Assembly (NCBI GenBank): GCA_951406725.2
Contig: OX597814.1
Span: 100,750,001-100,814,000, forward strand
Direction: 5' to 3'
From: Octopus vulgaris
Taxonomy: Eukaryota
DNA: 64,000 nucleotides
The notes beneath the pieces were generated by a model. It made no database searches and was not told the DNA's origin. It was given only the letters and a program-made list of their open reading frames with translations. The position numbers and the translations under genes are program-made. Each line of letters starts with the position of its first letter. Position 1 is the stretch's first letter. Shown piece after piece: positions 13,401 through 27,085 of the stretch.

Positions 13401-14290
13401 TTTTGTAGTACATATAATAAAAACAAGATTAAAAGAAAAGGGAAGATGAAAACAAAAGCAAAACAAACAAATAAATACAGAGAAAAAATTTTTTAAATAA
13501 CAAAAATATAAAAAAAAAATTTTAAAAAGTGAATTGAAAAACAAAGGAGAAAGGAAATAAAGACTGAAATTCAGAAAGACGTTAAGAAATTTTAAAAGTG
13601 GTGGGTGTTAAATGCTGCTTACATTAGAAAACCAATACGTTAGGTGTGAGAAATTGGGCAGCAATCTCATTAGAGAGCTAACGATAATAACACTTCAAGA
13701 GAGATTGATTTCTGAATAGTTGGATATATCTAACATTACTTTGTCAGGGAGTTTGCTGAGTCGTAGTTGTCATAGCGGCGGTTTAGTTGTGGTGGAGGTT
13801 ATGGGTTGTTGTTACCTGGTTGTTTGTGTGTTTGTTAATGTGTGGATGGTGGTGATTTGTTTATACTGTTTATCTATTTATTTTGTATTAGTGAAGTTTG
13901 CAATCATAATGGCAATGTCGAAAGCAGTAGCAGTGGTACTGGTGATGCTGGTGGGGAAGACGGAGATGGCGATGCCAGCGGCGGTGTTTTCTTTATTTAC
14001 TATTGCCAGACTTGGTATCGGGTTTATGTTGATAGAAGTGGTGGCACGGTAATAGCTGCCTTAGTAACAGTGAATGTGGCAAAGATGGTGTTAGTTATAT
14101 CGCTGTGTTTTGTTTAGCTCAAAGTCAACCATTAAATCATATTTACTTTAACTCAGGTGAAATGAACATCAAATATTTTTGAAAAGACGGCGGGGGTGAT
14201 TTGTGCGTGATTTGGCTTCTATCTCTAGCGGACGGAGTAAATAAGCTCCCCCGTTGACTCATTGTTATATTATTATTGTTGTTGTTAAGT

Positions 14291-14910
14291 TGGCGACCTC
14301 GTTAGCACGCCGGGAAAATGCTTAGCGGTATTTCGTCTGCCGTTACGTTCTGAGTTCAAATTCCGCCGAGGTTGACTTTGCCTTTCATCCTTTCGAGGTC
14401 AATTAAATAAGTACCAGTTACGCACAGGGGTCGATGTAATCGACTTAATCCGATTATCTGTCCTTGTTTGTTCTCTCTGTGTTTAGCCCCTTGTGGATAG
14501 TAAAGAAATAGGTATTTCATCTGCTGCTACGTTCTGAGTTCAAATTCCACCGAGGTCGACTTTGCCTTTCATCCTTTCAGGTTCGATAAATTAAGTACGA
14601 GTTGCGTAATATAGTCGATCTAATCGACTGGCCACCTCCCCCAAAATTTCGGGCCTTGTGCCTGAGTAGAACAGAAAAGAAAAGCTTACTATTTTTGTTA
14701 AGGCGGCGAACTCTTTAGCATGCCGGGCAAAATGCTTAGCGGTATTTCCTCTGCTGCTACCTTCTGAGTTCAAATTGCGCCGACCTCGACTTTTCCTTTC
14801 ATCCTTTTGGGGTCAAAGAAATAAGCACCAGTTACGCACTGGGATCGATGTAATCGACTAGCACCCTTCCCAAATAAAATTTTCAAGACCTTGTGCCTAG
14901 CATAGAAATA
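14291..14910 (+). mobile_element. Cluster of three tandem SINE family B units
   Basis: Repeated GTTCTGAGTTCAAATTCC...GACTTTGCCTTTCATCCTTT...AAGTACCAG blocks at about 14347, 14531 and 14761. Confidence 0.85.
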
Positions 14911-15819
14911 ATCATTACTATCATTGTTTAGTCTCCGTGTTTTCGTTCCGAAAGCCTTCTAGCGATGATTAACCCATCATTTTATACATCGGCGATTACA
15001 TTGTCCAATGTATATTTATGGCCCAAGAGTGAGCGAGATTTGGTTACTAATCCTAGCAGGTTTTTCTTCATTTTAAATAATCCTTATTGGCTCATGTGAG
15101 GTATTTGTTTCTGTACTCAGTTGCGGTACATACTGTTGGTGGTAGTGCTTATGTTGTTTATGTTTGTATTTATATTTCATTTCCTAATATTTTTGGTGGA
15201 GTTTTTGGGTGGTGTTTTTATGAGTATGTGTAAATGTACGCATGTGCATGTGCGTATGCATATATACATGGATGTGTGCATATATGTGCATATATGCTAT
15301 GGGTTGAGGTACATGATTATGCGAGCCCATATAATAGTGCATATACACACGTATATATTTGTGTGCATGCGTGAGTAAATCAATATACACGTATTTTTTC
15401 TCTCTCTGAGTCCTCAGCCCCCACTATCACATTAGCCAGTACAATAAACACCTCTGTCAATTTTTAGAAACGTGACCATTATATCTTATTCTTCTCTTTT
15501 TTCTGATGTTTACTACTCACTTTAGTAACCCCCTTGTACCATTTTCTGTACCCTTACCTCCACCTTAGTGCCTTTCAAACATATTACCCCCACCTCCCGC
15601 TCCTCACACGTATTCATTCTTTACTTTCTTATCTCTTCCTATCCCTCCCTACTCCTCTCCCATCCCCTCAATATCTTCACCACCAACTAACACTCCATTT
15701 TTCATTTTCTCTTCCTCTTCCTTTCTTCTTTCTTCACCTATTACTTTTGACCATTCTCCTCATTTTAACATGCATATCTTTTCTCTCCTATCTATCTACT
15801 TACTACTACCACATCATTC

Positions 15820-16210
15820 TCAAAATTTCATTCACAACACAAGCCCCTTTGAATGAACGGCACATGGAATCTACGTCTCCACACTTTCCACTTGTAATGA
15901 CAAAATATGAACTCATCGGAATTAACGTACCATGGATAAGAAGCACCACGTTCTTTTGATAATGGAATCACAACTATAACATTCTACATGTATTTTTATT
16001 TTTACTTTTATTTTCTTACTTCCCTTTATACTTCTTCTTTCCATTCTTTTCCAAAATAGCTCCTTATATTGAACTCTATGTAGCCATCTCACATCGTATC
16101 TGATAAAGGGATATCCCTAATATCACAGAAACAGCTGTAAGAGTAACTTTCTCTTTATAAATGTCTTGAAAATTCCACACAGCCTTAGCTTTGTTGTCTC
16201 ATTTTATTTA
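15820..16210 (+). mobile_element. Decayed 3' end of a Penelope-like element: putative GIY-YIG C-terminus plus pLTR with HHR
   Basis: Peptide ...ERHMES...TKYELIGINVPW resembles the PLE GIY-YIG end (RE...T..P.G.N). It is followed by CTGATAA-AGGGATAT...ATATC..GAA-ACAGCTGT-A at 16100-16139. Confidence 0.5.
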
Positions 16211-16347
16211 ACACACACACACACATATGTATATAATAACTATTATCAGCTTTGAAGTCGGGATAAATATTTATATATATATATATATACATATATACGT
16301 GTTTGTGTGATGCAGTGGGATAAAGAAAACAGGGAAAAGTTTTAAAT

Positions 16348-16412
16348 TCACCTACGGGAGTCGAACCATGTATCGACTGTAAAACGTATGGCTGTACACA
16401 ACACTACACCAA
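16348..16412 (-). mobile_element. tRNA-like SINE head
   Basis: Minus strand TGGTGTAGTTG (A box) ... GGTTCGACTCC (B box); no intact cloverleaf. Confidence 0.4.
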
Positions 16413-16500
16413 AATCTTGTAATAGTTTACCCGTTTAATATAAAAGATTTAGGCCGAGTGGTAAAAATTACAAATACCGGCGATATTTGTATATATACAT

Positions 16501-16589
<89 letters not shown>

Positions 16590-17487
16590 GTGTACGTGTA
16601 TGCCCACATATGTATGCATCAATAAATATATGTAAAGAGAGAGGGAGAGATACAGACATAGATAGATGCATGCATATATACATAAATGCATCCATTCATA
16701 AATACATAGACACATACATACATGCGCACATACTTAGACACCTACATGCCAACAAATTTACAAAATATGTAATAACTAGAAATATTAGGATTTTTCGAAG
16801 CATGGGGAAAAGAAACTGGTGCGGATTCTCCAAATTCATCCTATTAGCGGTAGAGAAGATTTCTAAATGATTCCAAAGGTTCTCCACGACAGCTTCTTTC
16901 GATGAATAAATGCTCGCATTTAAGTGTGAGCATCGACAGCGCAACCAACAAACCAACTCAACCACATTTTTACAAACAATGCGAACTCAACACAGAAACT
17001 TTTGTCGCTTAGATAGCTACCGGCTTCAACTCTCTGAAGAAAAACTCAAAATAAATCTTATGGGGAAAAAAATCCATCCATCTATCCATCCATCCATCCA
17101 TCCATATCCATCTATCCATCCATTCATCCATCCATCCATACATACATACATACATACATGCATGAATAGGTGTGGACAGAAATCCGTACAATATAAACCC
17201 GAAAGTCATTGAACTTCCAGATCCGTCCTTGTAACCCTAATATAAAACCTTGCACCACAGGGCTTTTGCAGTTCAAAAGCCCCGTTGATTCAAGGTTTTA
17301 TAAATATAGACTAGTTAACCTACCATGTATTCCGAAGTTCACTGAATTATGTATGCATACAAGTGAGTTTCACGCCATAAACACACAACACCACAACACA
17401 CTAAGCCACACACACACCACACACACACCACACTACACCACACAACACACCACACTACACCACACACACACACATACATATATACAT

Positions 17488-18029
17488 TTAGTTAGTTAGT
17501 TAGTTAGTTAATTTGGCTCAAAAGCAAATAGCAAGGCCATGTAGGGGGGCATGGAGTTAAGTACAGGGTGGTGTTCATGTAAAGAGTTCAGGCCACTTGA
17601 GGTCAAGGGAGGCTTTGAACAAAGCGGTCGTCGGCATCTTCACCATCTCGTCTGGCAGCTTGTTCCAGGGATCCGCAACCCGGACGGAGAAAGCTCCTCT
17701 CCTTCGATTGAGATGAAATCGTCGCAAGTAGAGCTTTTCGGAATGACACCGCAGCCGACGCTCTGGAGTAGGAGTGAAGAACAGCTCTTACGAGAGGTTA
17801 CACTTTCCGCTTATGATGTTGTGGGCGAGAATGAGATCACCACGGCGGCGGCGTTTTTCAAGAGAATAAAGGTCGAGCGTCCTCAGCCTTTCTTCATAGG
17901 ACAAATTTTTGAGACCATGAACCATGCGGGTAGCCAGCTTCTGGACTCTTTCGAGATGCTGTATGTCTTTGAGGAGATAAGGAGAAGAGGCTTGAATCCC
18001 GTACTCCAATATGGTCTCACCAGCGTGAC
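17488..18029 (-). mobile_element. 3' end of a CR1-group LINE (ORF2 C-terminus, 3' UTR, (TAAC)n tail)
   Basis: TLVRP/ILEYG...LERVQKLATRMVHGLKNLSYEERLRTLDLYSLEKRRRRGDLI...FSVRVADPWNKLP...FKASLD are typical CR1 C-terminal motifs; ends in a (TAAC)n tail. Confidence 0.9.
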
Positions 18030-18159
18030 ATTTATACATACATACCTACATACATTGCACATATACGTACATACATTCATACATACATACATACATACAT
18101 ACATACATACATACATACATACATACATACATACATACATAGAAAAATAGCATTTTTGA

Positions 18160-18262
18160 TGCTTAAATTCCAATGAAGACGCCTTGAATCTAGGTTAGAA
18201 ACCGGCTCTTTCCTATTTCTCTATTGGCCAGAAGTCTTGAAATAAAACTGAACAATAACATA
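18160..18262 (+). mobile_element. Degenerate HHR-like pLTR tail
   Basis: CCAATGA-AGAC-GCCTTGA-A-TCTAGGT-TA-GAA-ACCGG(C)T-C: near-palindromic helix III, core mutated. Confidence 0.4.
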
Positions 18263-20116
18263 AAAAAAAATGATTTTTTTGTATGAACGTCTTTCCGAAC
18301 ACCAAATGAATATAATTCTATTTCCTTTCAGCAGTTCATTTTCACTGCTATCCTTGAATTTACACACTAAAAGCAAGTACATATAAATATATTAGACATA
18401 TCCTCGCCTTGTGACAAAACGGGACATTGTCCATCAACTTCTCAACCGAGCAAGTATTAAAATGTGAACGCAAAAGACAAAATAATTAAAGTCTTAACAT
18501 GTGCTATAAATAAAATTTTGAAGTTAAACACTCACTTGAACACATAGGCACAACACAAACTTGTAGGTAATTACTCACGTAGATTTGCACACAACATACA
18601 AGCAAATAAACGAAATAGAATACCAATTCCTACGTTTATATGGATACATATACATATATATATATATATGTATACATAGAAACAAACACATACGTGCATA
18701 TACACATGTGTACGTACGTACATATGTATGTATTACCAACGACACAAATCGTACACCTGTATCCAGATGTCAAATTTATGTAGGTAATTTCATGCGTTCC
18801 TCTTTATCTCTGGCTTTTCAACCTCCCTCTCTCATAGTTATAAGAGAACTAAATCCATCGTATCAAATTCGTTTAGCTCAGCTTCATTTATCGCCTTAAT
18901 CCCATAATTCTGCTTTCCTCCTTTTCCTATTCTAAACATATAGGTCTTAAGGTTTTACATTTTATTAACTGCTTTGCTACATTACCCTCACTTATATTCA
19001 ATTTCAAGAGGAAAAACCTTTTCTTCACTCTTCCCACCATACATATTTTCATGTCATTTTTGTCTGTCGTCGGTCTTTCTAGGTACACACACTAACATAT
19101 GTACAAGCTTACACACGCACTATACATACACAAACACACATGTACACACACATTCATAAATACATAAGCGCACATGCATTGCACCACACACTTTTCGGCT
19201 TCTCCTAAGCAACTATTGCCTGTTTGTTTTATGATTTAATGCTTAAATGTGATACGCTGTAATATTAGTTGTTAGCTTTTCTCATTCGTAATGGATATTT
19301 AATTACTTAATTTACGTGAATTTTTTTTAATATTGCATATGGCTACAATACTCGTAAAATACATCGAGAATATCTTTATACGGAATGCCTCCAAAAATTT
19401 TTTTAACAAACCTGGAGAAGTTTATAATATATAAAATATATTAATATATAAAATAACTAATACATAAGGTTTGAACTGAAAATCAGTCTAGCACACATAT
19501 TTAAATAAAAAGCCTAGCTTGTCTTTTTCGTGGACATCATTATGTTTATATGCAATAAATGCCCGTAAGAATATACGCACATGTATTCACATCTTCACCA
19601 GGAACCCTAACGAGATAGCTTTTCCAAAGATACTTGTTTATATACAGGATGGGCAACGTTTTAAATGCATATTTTCCACATCCAAAATATGCTACAATTT
19701 TGGTTCCATATTCTAAATCATGGAAATGTGATTCAAACCGAGAATATTTGCTAAATTTATTCAGGAAGGTAATCCTATGTAGGAAATAATTATATTTTTG
19801 TGAGATTTTCTGAATTAAATTTGTTTACATGGTTCCTGTAAAGTCACATGTAAAGCACTTTATATGTCCGATTGATATCTACAGTATATTAACAATGCCT
19901 AAAAACCTTCGAGCTTTCATACACGGTAGGTATGGCTCCATGTCATAAAGTATTTCTTCGAACAAGTATCTTTCAAATGGTTCTGTTTATGATGTGATGC
20001 ATTTATCGCCCAGAAACAGAAACGTAATACCGTTCAGACCTATATAAAAGTGTGTGTGAATACATACGTATAAGACAATATAAGTATTACATGTGTATGT
20101 ATCTGTGTATATATGC

Positions 20117-20760
<644 letters not shown>

Positions 20761-21439
20761 AATTGTACAAAAGTAAGGATAAAACCATTACAATTATAAT
20801 AAAGGGTGCTGATATGCAACACCAACCTACTAGTGATAAAAGCTAAGTGGCGCTAAAACGTACATCTTGCACTCCGTTAGCACAGGTTGTAAATGACATT
20901 ATAATTATATCTTTATAATCATATATTAGTATTAATTGTTACCTAAATGGTTTTTATTACATGCAGGCCACTTTATAAAATCTTTATAATGATATTTTAT
21001 ACTTAATTACGTATAAATATATATTATCTACTCCGATCCATTTATATTCACTGTGTTATTATTTTGGTCGTAAATGTACGTGGTTGAAGTGAATACATTA
21101 GATTTGACTTGTATATACATATGAATATATGTATATATAAGTATGCATATGTATTATTCATATGGATGTGTACAGATATATGCATTTATGTACTGAGGAG
21201 TATATTATAATGAAGACGGCAGAGGGATTTTACTTATCTAAGCTAGAAATCGATCTATAATTAACCCTGTCTTCTGTTCCGGAAGAAGAGCTTTGCTCGA
21301 AGCGTAAAACTACCTTTCGTTCCTTCCCTGAGCGTCTACTAATACTTTGCATGTACCACATTCCTGCGTTGTTATTTTTTCTTGTGTTTATCTTCGAGGT
21401 TTGGGGGCTAGGAGATTAATTGTATATATATATATATAT

Positions 21440-21650
21440 CATGGCTATATATGTTTAAATCGAATTAATATTAACTTTTAATATTATCGCTTTTAATATT
21501 ATCGATTTAAATATATCGTCACGAAATGCGCATAGTCGATTTAATGCTTATTGAATCTAGTGATTTTTGGAATAACACTTATTATAATATATTTAAATTT
21601 TTTCTATATGATTTATTATAGTTAATATCTTTCACTATTAATTGAATTAC
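21440..21650 (+). mobile_element. 5'-truncated pLTR fragment with HHR 3' half
   Basis: A long helix-II-like hairpin is followed by GAA-ATGCGCAT-A-GTC (21523-21537). Homologous to the minus strand of 29262-29450. Confidence 0.5.
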
Positions 21651-22114
21651 TGTTTGTGAGTTTGCAGGGTAGCACCTACATTGTTAGAAATAAGAGTTAA
21701 AACCCTTAGAGTTATAAAGAAGAAAATATCTATGCATGTCTCTGCGGCTCCATGGGTTTTAACTCCTATTTCTAGCAGTGTAGGTGCTACTCAGTACTTT
21801 CGGTCATTATATATATATATGCACATACTGAGTGTATCGTTACTATGTGTATCTTATTCGTTTGATTCCCTTTACTTTGAAAATTTTATATACAACCGCT
21901 TGTTCTCGATGTATTTGAGGCAAAATAACAAAAATCCAAACACGCACACACCTACGTATGTATGTGGCCTACATTTTATTATAGATACGCAACTTGCTGT
22001 TTCCTGGGAGAACCACATCAATGAGAGTAACAAGAGTAAAAGAAAAGAAATATACCGAGCTAGAGTCAAAGCAATGGGTAGTCAGTTTCTCTTTGGAGTT
22101 TGTCGAAAAGAGTG

Positions 22115-22320
22115 GCTTACTGGTTAGGGATTCGAACTCATGATCATAAGATTATGGGCGACGTGTTGTGTTCTTGAGTAAAACATTTCATTTCACGTGG
22201 TTCCAACCCACACAGCCTACAAAAATAAGTGACTCTGCGACCCATCCAGGTGGGGAGCATATACGCCATTTTAACCGGGAAGCCGGCCCTATGAGTCTAT
22301 ATGGCTCAAGAAGGAAATTT
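22115..22320 (+). mobile_element. Decayed SINE with V-domain-like tail
   Basis: ctgcgacccatccaggtgggga...aaccgggaagccggccctatgag, shared with 22870-23160. Confidence 0.55.
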
Positions 22321-22334
22321 ACTCACTCTCTTCG

Positions 22335-22630
22335 GAGTTTATAGTATGGCATCGCGAGGGCCAGTGTGAAGATGACCATCACATTGGCTGTAGAAGTAGC
22401 AGGAGTTGCCTGGAAATGGCTAACGATCAAGAAGACGAGCCCTGGAAGGGGTAGTGCTAACAGAGGTAATGCTAACTGGACACAAGCTGGGTCTTGTTCA
22501 CTCTCGGCTGGATCGTGTTCACTCTCAGCTGGGTCGCCTGGGTGAAGGTGTCTGATGTATATAGACTCGACACATTTAATGAACCCAAGAAGCAGCAGTT
22601 ATGATGTCTCCAGTTGTATTACAGGATGTA
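22335..22630 (+). mobile_element. 3' end of a Hero/NeSL-like (restriction-like endonuclease) non-LTR retrotransposon
   Basis: Peptide GIARASVKMTITLAVEVAGVAWKWLTIKK resembles the Hero C-terminus (AERASRWLWIKR). The 3' UTR gggtcgcctgggtgaaggtgtctgatg...tgatgtctcc resembles Hero 3' UTRs (recalled, not searched). Confidence 0.5.
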
Positions 22631-22869
22631 GAAAAACATAAGCCATAACAATATAAATACGAACACAAAGTACAGGTGATGTACAATGAACCAATAATAT
22701 GCGATAGATTGGAGGGAAAGAATTGCATCGAAATATGAACAAAGAACAACGTCAGAATCCCGTAAGCAATTTCAAGAAAGTAATCGGACGGTCAAGAACT
22801 ATTGTTTCATTTGAAAAGTGTTAAGAAATGCACCTAAGATTATTTGATATCCTATTATATTTGACGGTT

Positions 22870-23160
22870 GAGACACATGTCCTAGTGGTTAGAGCAGCGG
22901 TCGAGTGATCGCGGATTCGAATCACAGACCAGGCGATGTGTGTATTTATGAGCCAAACACCTAAACTTCACGCGGCTCCGGCAGAAGGTAATGGCGAACT
23001 TCTGCTGACTCTTTCGCCACAATTTCTCTCACCCTTGCCTCCTGTATCTTACAGCTCACCTGCAACGGATCGGCGTCCAGTCTAGGTGGGGAACCTATAC
23101 GCAAAGGAAACCGGGAAACCGGCCCCTATGAGCCAGGCGTGGCTCGAGAAGGAACAAAAA
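22870..23160 (+). mobile_element. tRNA-derived SINE with V-domain-like 3' part
   Basis: A box (TCCTAGTGGTTAG), B box (GGATTCGAATC), and tail gaaaccgggaaaccggcccctatgagcc. Confidence 0.7.
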
Positions 23161-24107
23161 AAAACAATTATATTCGAAAATGAATAGGTTGCTCTTTTTG
23201 TTTTCTTTAGTCAAAATCATCAGTTTTCGTCAGTATTTAAATCTTAAACAATGAAGCAAAATTATGAACATACAAAAATTTATGGAAAAAATTAAAGGTC
23301 GGAAAATTTATTACACATATAACATTTTAGGTATTCGGTTAGTTACAGTTGTAGTTTAGTGCTGACACTCTGAAAATATTGTCTCCAATAAAATACGTTA
23401 CAATGTACAAGGAACAAGTGCTAAGAGGGTAGCACAAAGTGGATATTACTGTAAATAGTTTTTACGCATGCACTCTTATTAAGCATATATTGACTTCAAT
23501 GATTGAATAGATGACTCAGATGATACCAGTTGTCACGTGTTATACATGTGTTTATGCGTGTGAATCTGTTTCCTCTACACAGAAGTACGAATGAGTAGAG
23601 AAATGTATGGAATCATCAGATTCCATGTATATTGACACGTTTACGTACAGACGCACATACATGGAAAACAGAAACAAAGAACTAAACAGTCTCACACACA
23701 TAGAAATAAACAATTCCACGCACACAAACACACATATTCACACAAACACACATACGCACACACACACGCACACACATATCAACATGCAAACACATCATAA
23801 GAAATCTAATGCTAATTTCAAAAATGTCAGATTACTATCTATAAAAAAAAACCCTTTACATCATATTTGTTTAAACATTATTAAATCCTATTATTGATGG
23901 TTGCCTTTAATTTTACGTGAAATGGGGAGAAAATGAGCATATTATGAAAGAAATCAAAGTCACAAGAAACATTTGCAAATACATTTGCTTAAAATATGGG
24001 AGTTTAATTAGAAATGTATGGCGCCAATTATTACCTTTGAAGTTTAATATTGACTATGGTTCGTCCTGGAAACTTACGCACACATACACATACACGCACA
24101 CGCATGC

Positions 24108-24154
<47 letters not shown>

Positions 24155-24359
24155 AATATGCTATATATGTGTATAGAAATGCATATTTATATACAAATAA
24201 TTAGATATGTGTACATCAATATATGTACACGAATATATATGTGTGTGTGTATGAATATGTATATGTATCTTTAGACTCACACACACATATATACACATAT
24301 ACACACACACACATATATATATACAGGTGTATGTAAATGTGTGTGCGCGTGTATATAAA

Positions 24360-24569
24360 TATGTTGATTCGTTAGCTACTGCACGCATTTTTTTTTTTTT
24401 CTCTCCTTCTTTCTGTGTTTTTCTCTCTCTGTGTATCTTTCTGTTGAAGAGCGTAGGCTCGAAACGTTAAAGACTTGTTTTATTTATATTTCCTGAGCGC
24501 CATACTAATACAATTGTTCGTTTGTTTTCCACCTGCCTTCGTCTTTTGTTTATTTTCATAAAGCTTCCC

Positions 24570-24570
<1 letters not shown>
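24360..24570 (+). mobile_element. pLTR fragment with minimal hammerhead (24436-24473)
   Basis: TCTTT-CTGTTGA-A-GAGC-GTAG-GCTC-GAA-ACGT-T-AAAGA; ends at (TA)n. Confidence 0.75.
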
Positions 24571-24630
<60 letters not shown>

Positions 24631-25160
24631 CACACACATACAATAAAGAGAGTGGATATGAGTTTTGACATTTATTTATGACATTCTTACACGTCTTTCA
24701 ATAATGAAACTGCAAAGAAGTATTACCTAACAGTGGTATAACATCAAATGATCGGATGTTTTATTACAAAGGAAAAATTAGCCTTGAGGTATTTCTACAG
24801 GTACACCTTTCAGTATAATCCGATTCTGTAGAGAAATGGCTGCTAAAATAGTGAATCACAATTTGTTACACGTTGCTGTTACTACACCGTTGATCCCTGT
24901 AATTAAGCAAGCTGGGTTGGAATAGCCACAGATAAACCATCTAGCCAAAAAAAGAAGCAAGCTTTCGGTATGTTAATCGAGTAGTCGCATCCTCATCGTG
25001 TATTTAGCTATGCTACGCTCAAAAGCTACATTTATAAGTAGCTGCCAGTGTCCATCCTTGCATACAGAGCTGCATCTCGAGTTAACCATGCAGCATCTGT
25101 TTCCGATACTCGTCGTACATTTTGGCAGGACTTCTTGTAAAGAGTACTTCCCTAATAACA

Positions 25161-25485
25161 ACTGGCACTCCTTCGGTTACAATGGTGAAGCTTTCAGTTG
25201 ATTCGATCAGTGGGAGAGCTTGCTCGTGCAATTAACGTGAAAGTGGCTGAACTCTCCACAGATACGTGTTCGCTCCACGTAGTCCCCAGGAAGAATCAGC
25301 ATGATATAAAGTGTGACAAAGCTGGCTCTTTGAATTACTTGTAGAATTCATATTTGCCAGCTGTGTGGACAGAAGCAATATGAAATAAAGCGTCTCGCTC
25401 AAGGACACAACGTACTGCTGGGAATCGATCTGACGACCTTACGATCGTGAACCGAATAACCCTAATCACTAAGCCACGCGCCTTA
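25161..25485 (-). mobile_element. tRNA-derived CORE-like SINE
   Basis: Minus-strand head GGCGCGTGGCTTAGTGATTAGG...GATCGATTCCC, then a CORE-like TGTGTCCTTGAGCGAGACGCTTTA. Confidence 0.7.
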
Positions 25486-26029
25486 ACCATTACCAGAAAC
25501 AGTCGCTTACAAAGAGTAACTGTACTGTAGAATAGGAATTGCCCCCATTGAGCTATCACAGCATCCTGAGACTGTAAACCAAATCGAATTCTTGCAACAT
25601 AGAACATTATTGCATACTGTGTATTTAAATTAACAACCAAAAACATGCTTAATTCATGGTATTAATTTAAAGAAACACAGCCATTTTGCTTTTTGAACAG
25701 GGGATCCTAAGTCTAAACAATGCTTTACGGCAAAACCTAGTTTCTATACTTCAAAACAACCAGCAGGATTTCTTTTTGAAAACAACTGCGCGTATGGATG
25801 TATCGACGGAATACAGTTTAAAGTTACTTATTAAATAAAACTGTACGTGGGTCTTGATAGAAAAGCATGCAAAATGTTGTCTTTTTTGTTTTGTTTGTTG
25901 CTTTAAAGCAAAATTATTAATTGTAGCAAAATTACATGCTGAATGTGACTGAGAATTGATAATTTCAAGCATCTCTGAGCAACTTCATAAAAACTTGCAT
26001 ATCATTTACCACCTTTCGGTTGAACTGCA

Positions 26030-27085
26030 GCAGTTTCTATGGTAGAAAGAAACCACTTCCTCTCATTGCACAATAGCTACTTGACATTCCACCACCTGAT
26101 GTTTCGGAGGAAAGTGAATTGTCATCTGATAGTAATGATGATAATGATGAGCGCATTACATAGCAAAACATTGAGAGTGATACAGGGGAGCGGAAAACAC
26201 AAACAAATACGCTATTCAATGCAACCTGATACTCCACGCAGTTTGACATGAGCTGGAACAATATTGTGGAATTCTTTACGAGATCATTCTCGTGATGATG
26301 ACAAGTACAAGAACGTACTGGTGCAAAGGGTTTTAGTATAACTCCAATTACCAGTGTAATGACTGTTAACCGTTTCGAAAACATTAACAGAATTTAACAT
26401 GCAATGATAATCTGACTTATCCTCAAATTGTACAGATAGATTGTACAAAGTTAATCTGATTGCCGATTCATTAAAAGAGCAGCTTGCAGAAATTAACCCA
26501 TATGAAAGAGTATGCATTGAGAAGCAAATGCTTCCTTTCAAAAGTAAATCTTGAATCAAGCAATATAACTAAGAAACGCCAAAGAAGTGGATGTATAAGT
26601 TGTATGTGTTTTCAGGAACAGATGGACTTATCCACAATTTTGAATTCCACACTGGTGAATTTGGAACATGCCCAAGTACACCAGAAATATTCTGGGGATT
26701 TTACCACAAAATATACAATGAACAAATGACACAAACTATATTTTGCCTATTTATATATAGGCGTTGATCTCTCAAGGACCTTAAATAAACAGGGTATGGC
26801 ATGTGTTCATACAGTGCGCGCTAATCGTTTACTTGATTGTAAGTTGTCATCGGATGCAGCATTACAGAAAAAGGGCCGAGGTATCTGTAGAAGTATGGAC
26901 GACCAAGTTTGATGGTATGGAGCGACGTTCGGTAAAATGGTTTGATAGCTGTGATGTTACTCTGTTGTCAGCATATGAAACAGTGAATCCAAACCATGAA
27001 ATCTGCAGATTTGAGTGAAAAGAATTGTGTCGCATAACCATTCCATGCTTTTCAAATGTTAATACATACAACAAATTTGTGACAA
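26030..27085 (+). pseudogene. Decayed piggyBac (PGBD-type) transposase
   Basis: Frame-shifted motifs MTVNRFE, RLYKV, EKQMLPFKSKS*IKQY..KWMYKLYVFSGTDGLIHNFEFHTG, TVRANRL, VKWFDSCDVTLLS and TYNKF match piggyBac DDD-domain blocks. Confidence 0.85.

Noticed and set aside
16740-17040. Possible Tc1 C-terminal relic (EAVVENLWNHLE) on the minus strand
   Set aside because: Only a short weak motif with no TIR identified.
17551-18150. 199-aa plus-strand ORF
   Set aside because: Antisense shadow of the minus-strand CR1 ORF2 fragment, running into a microsatellite.
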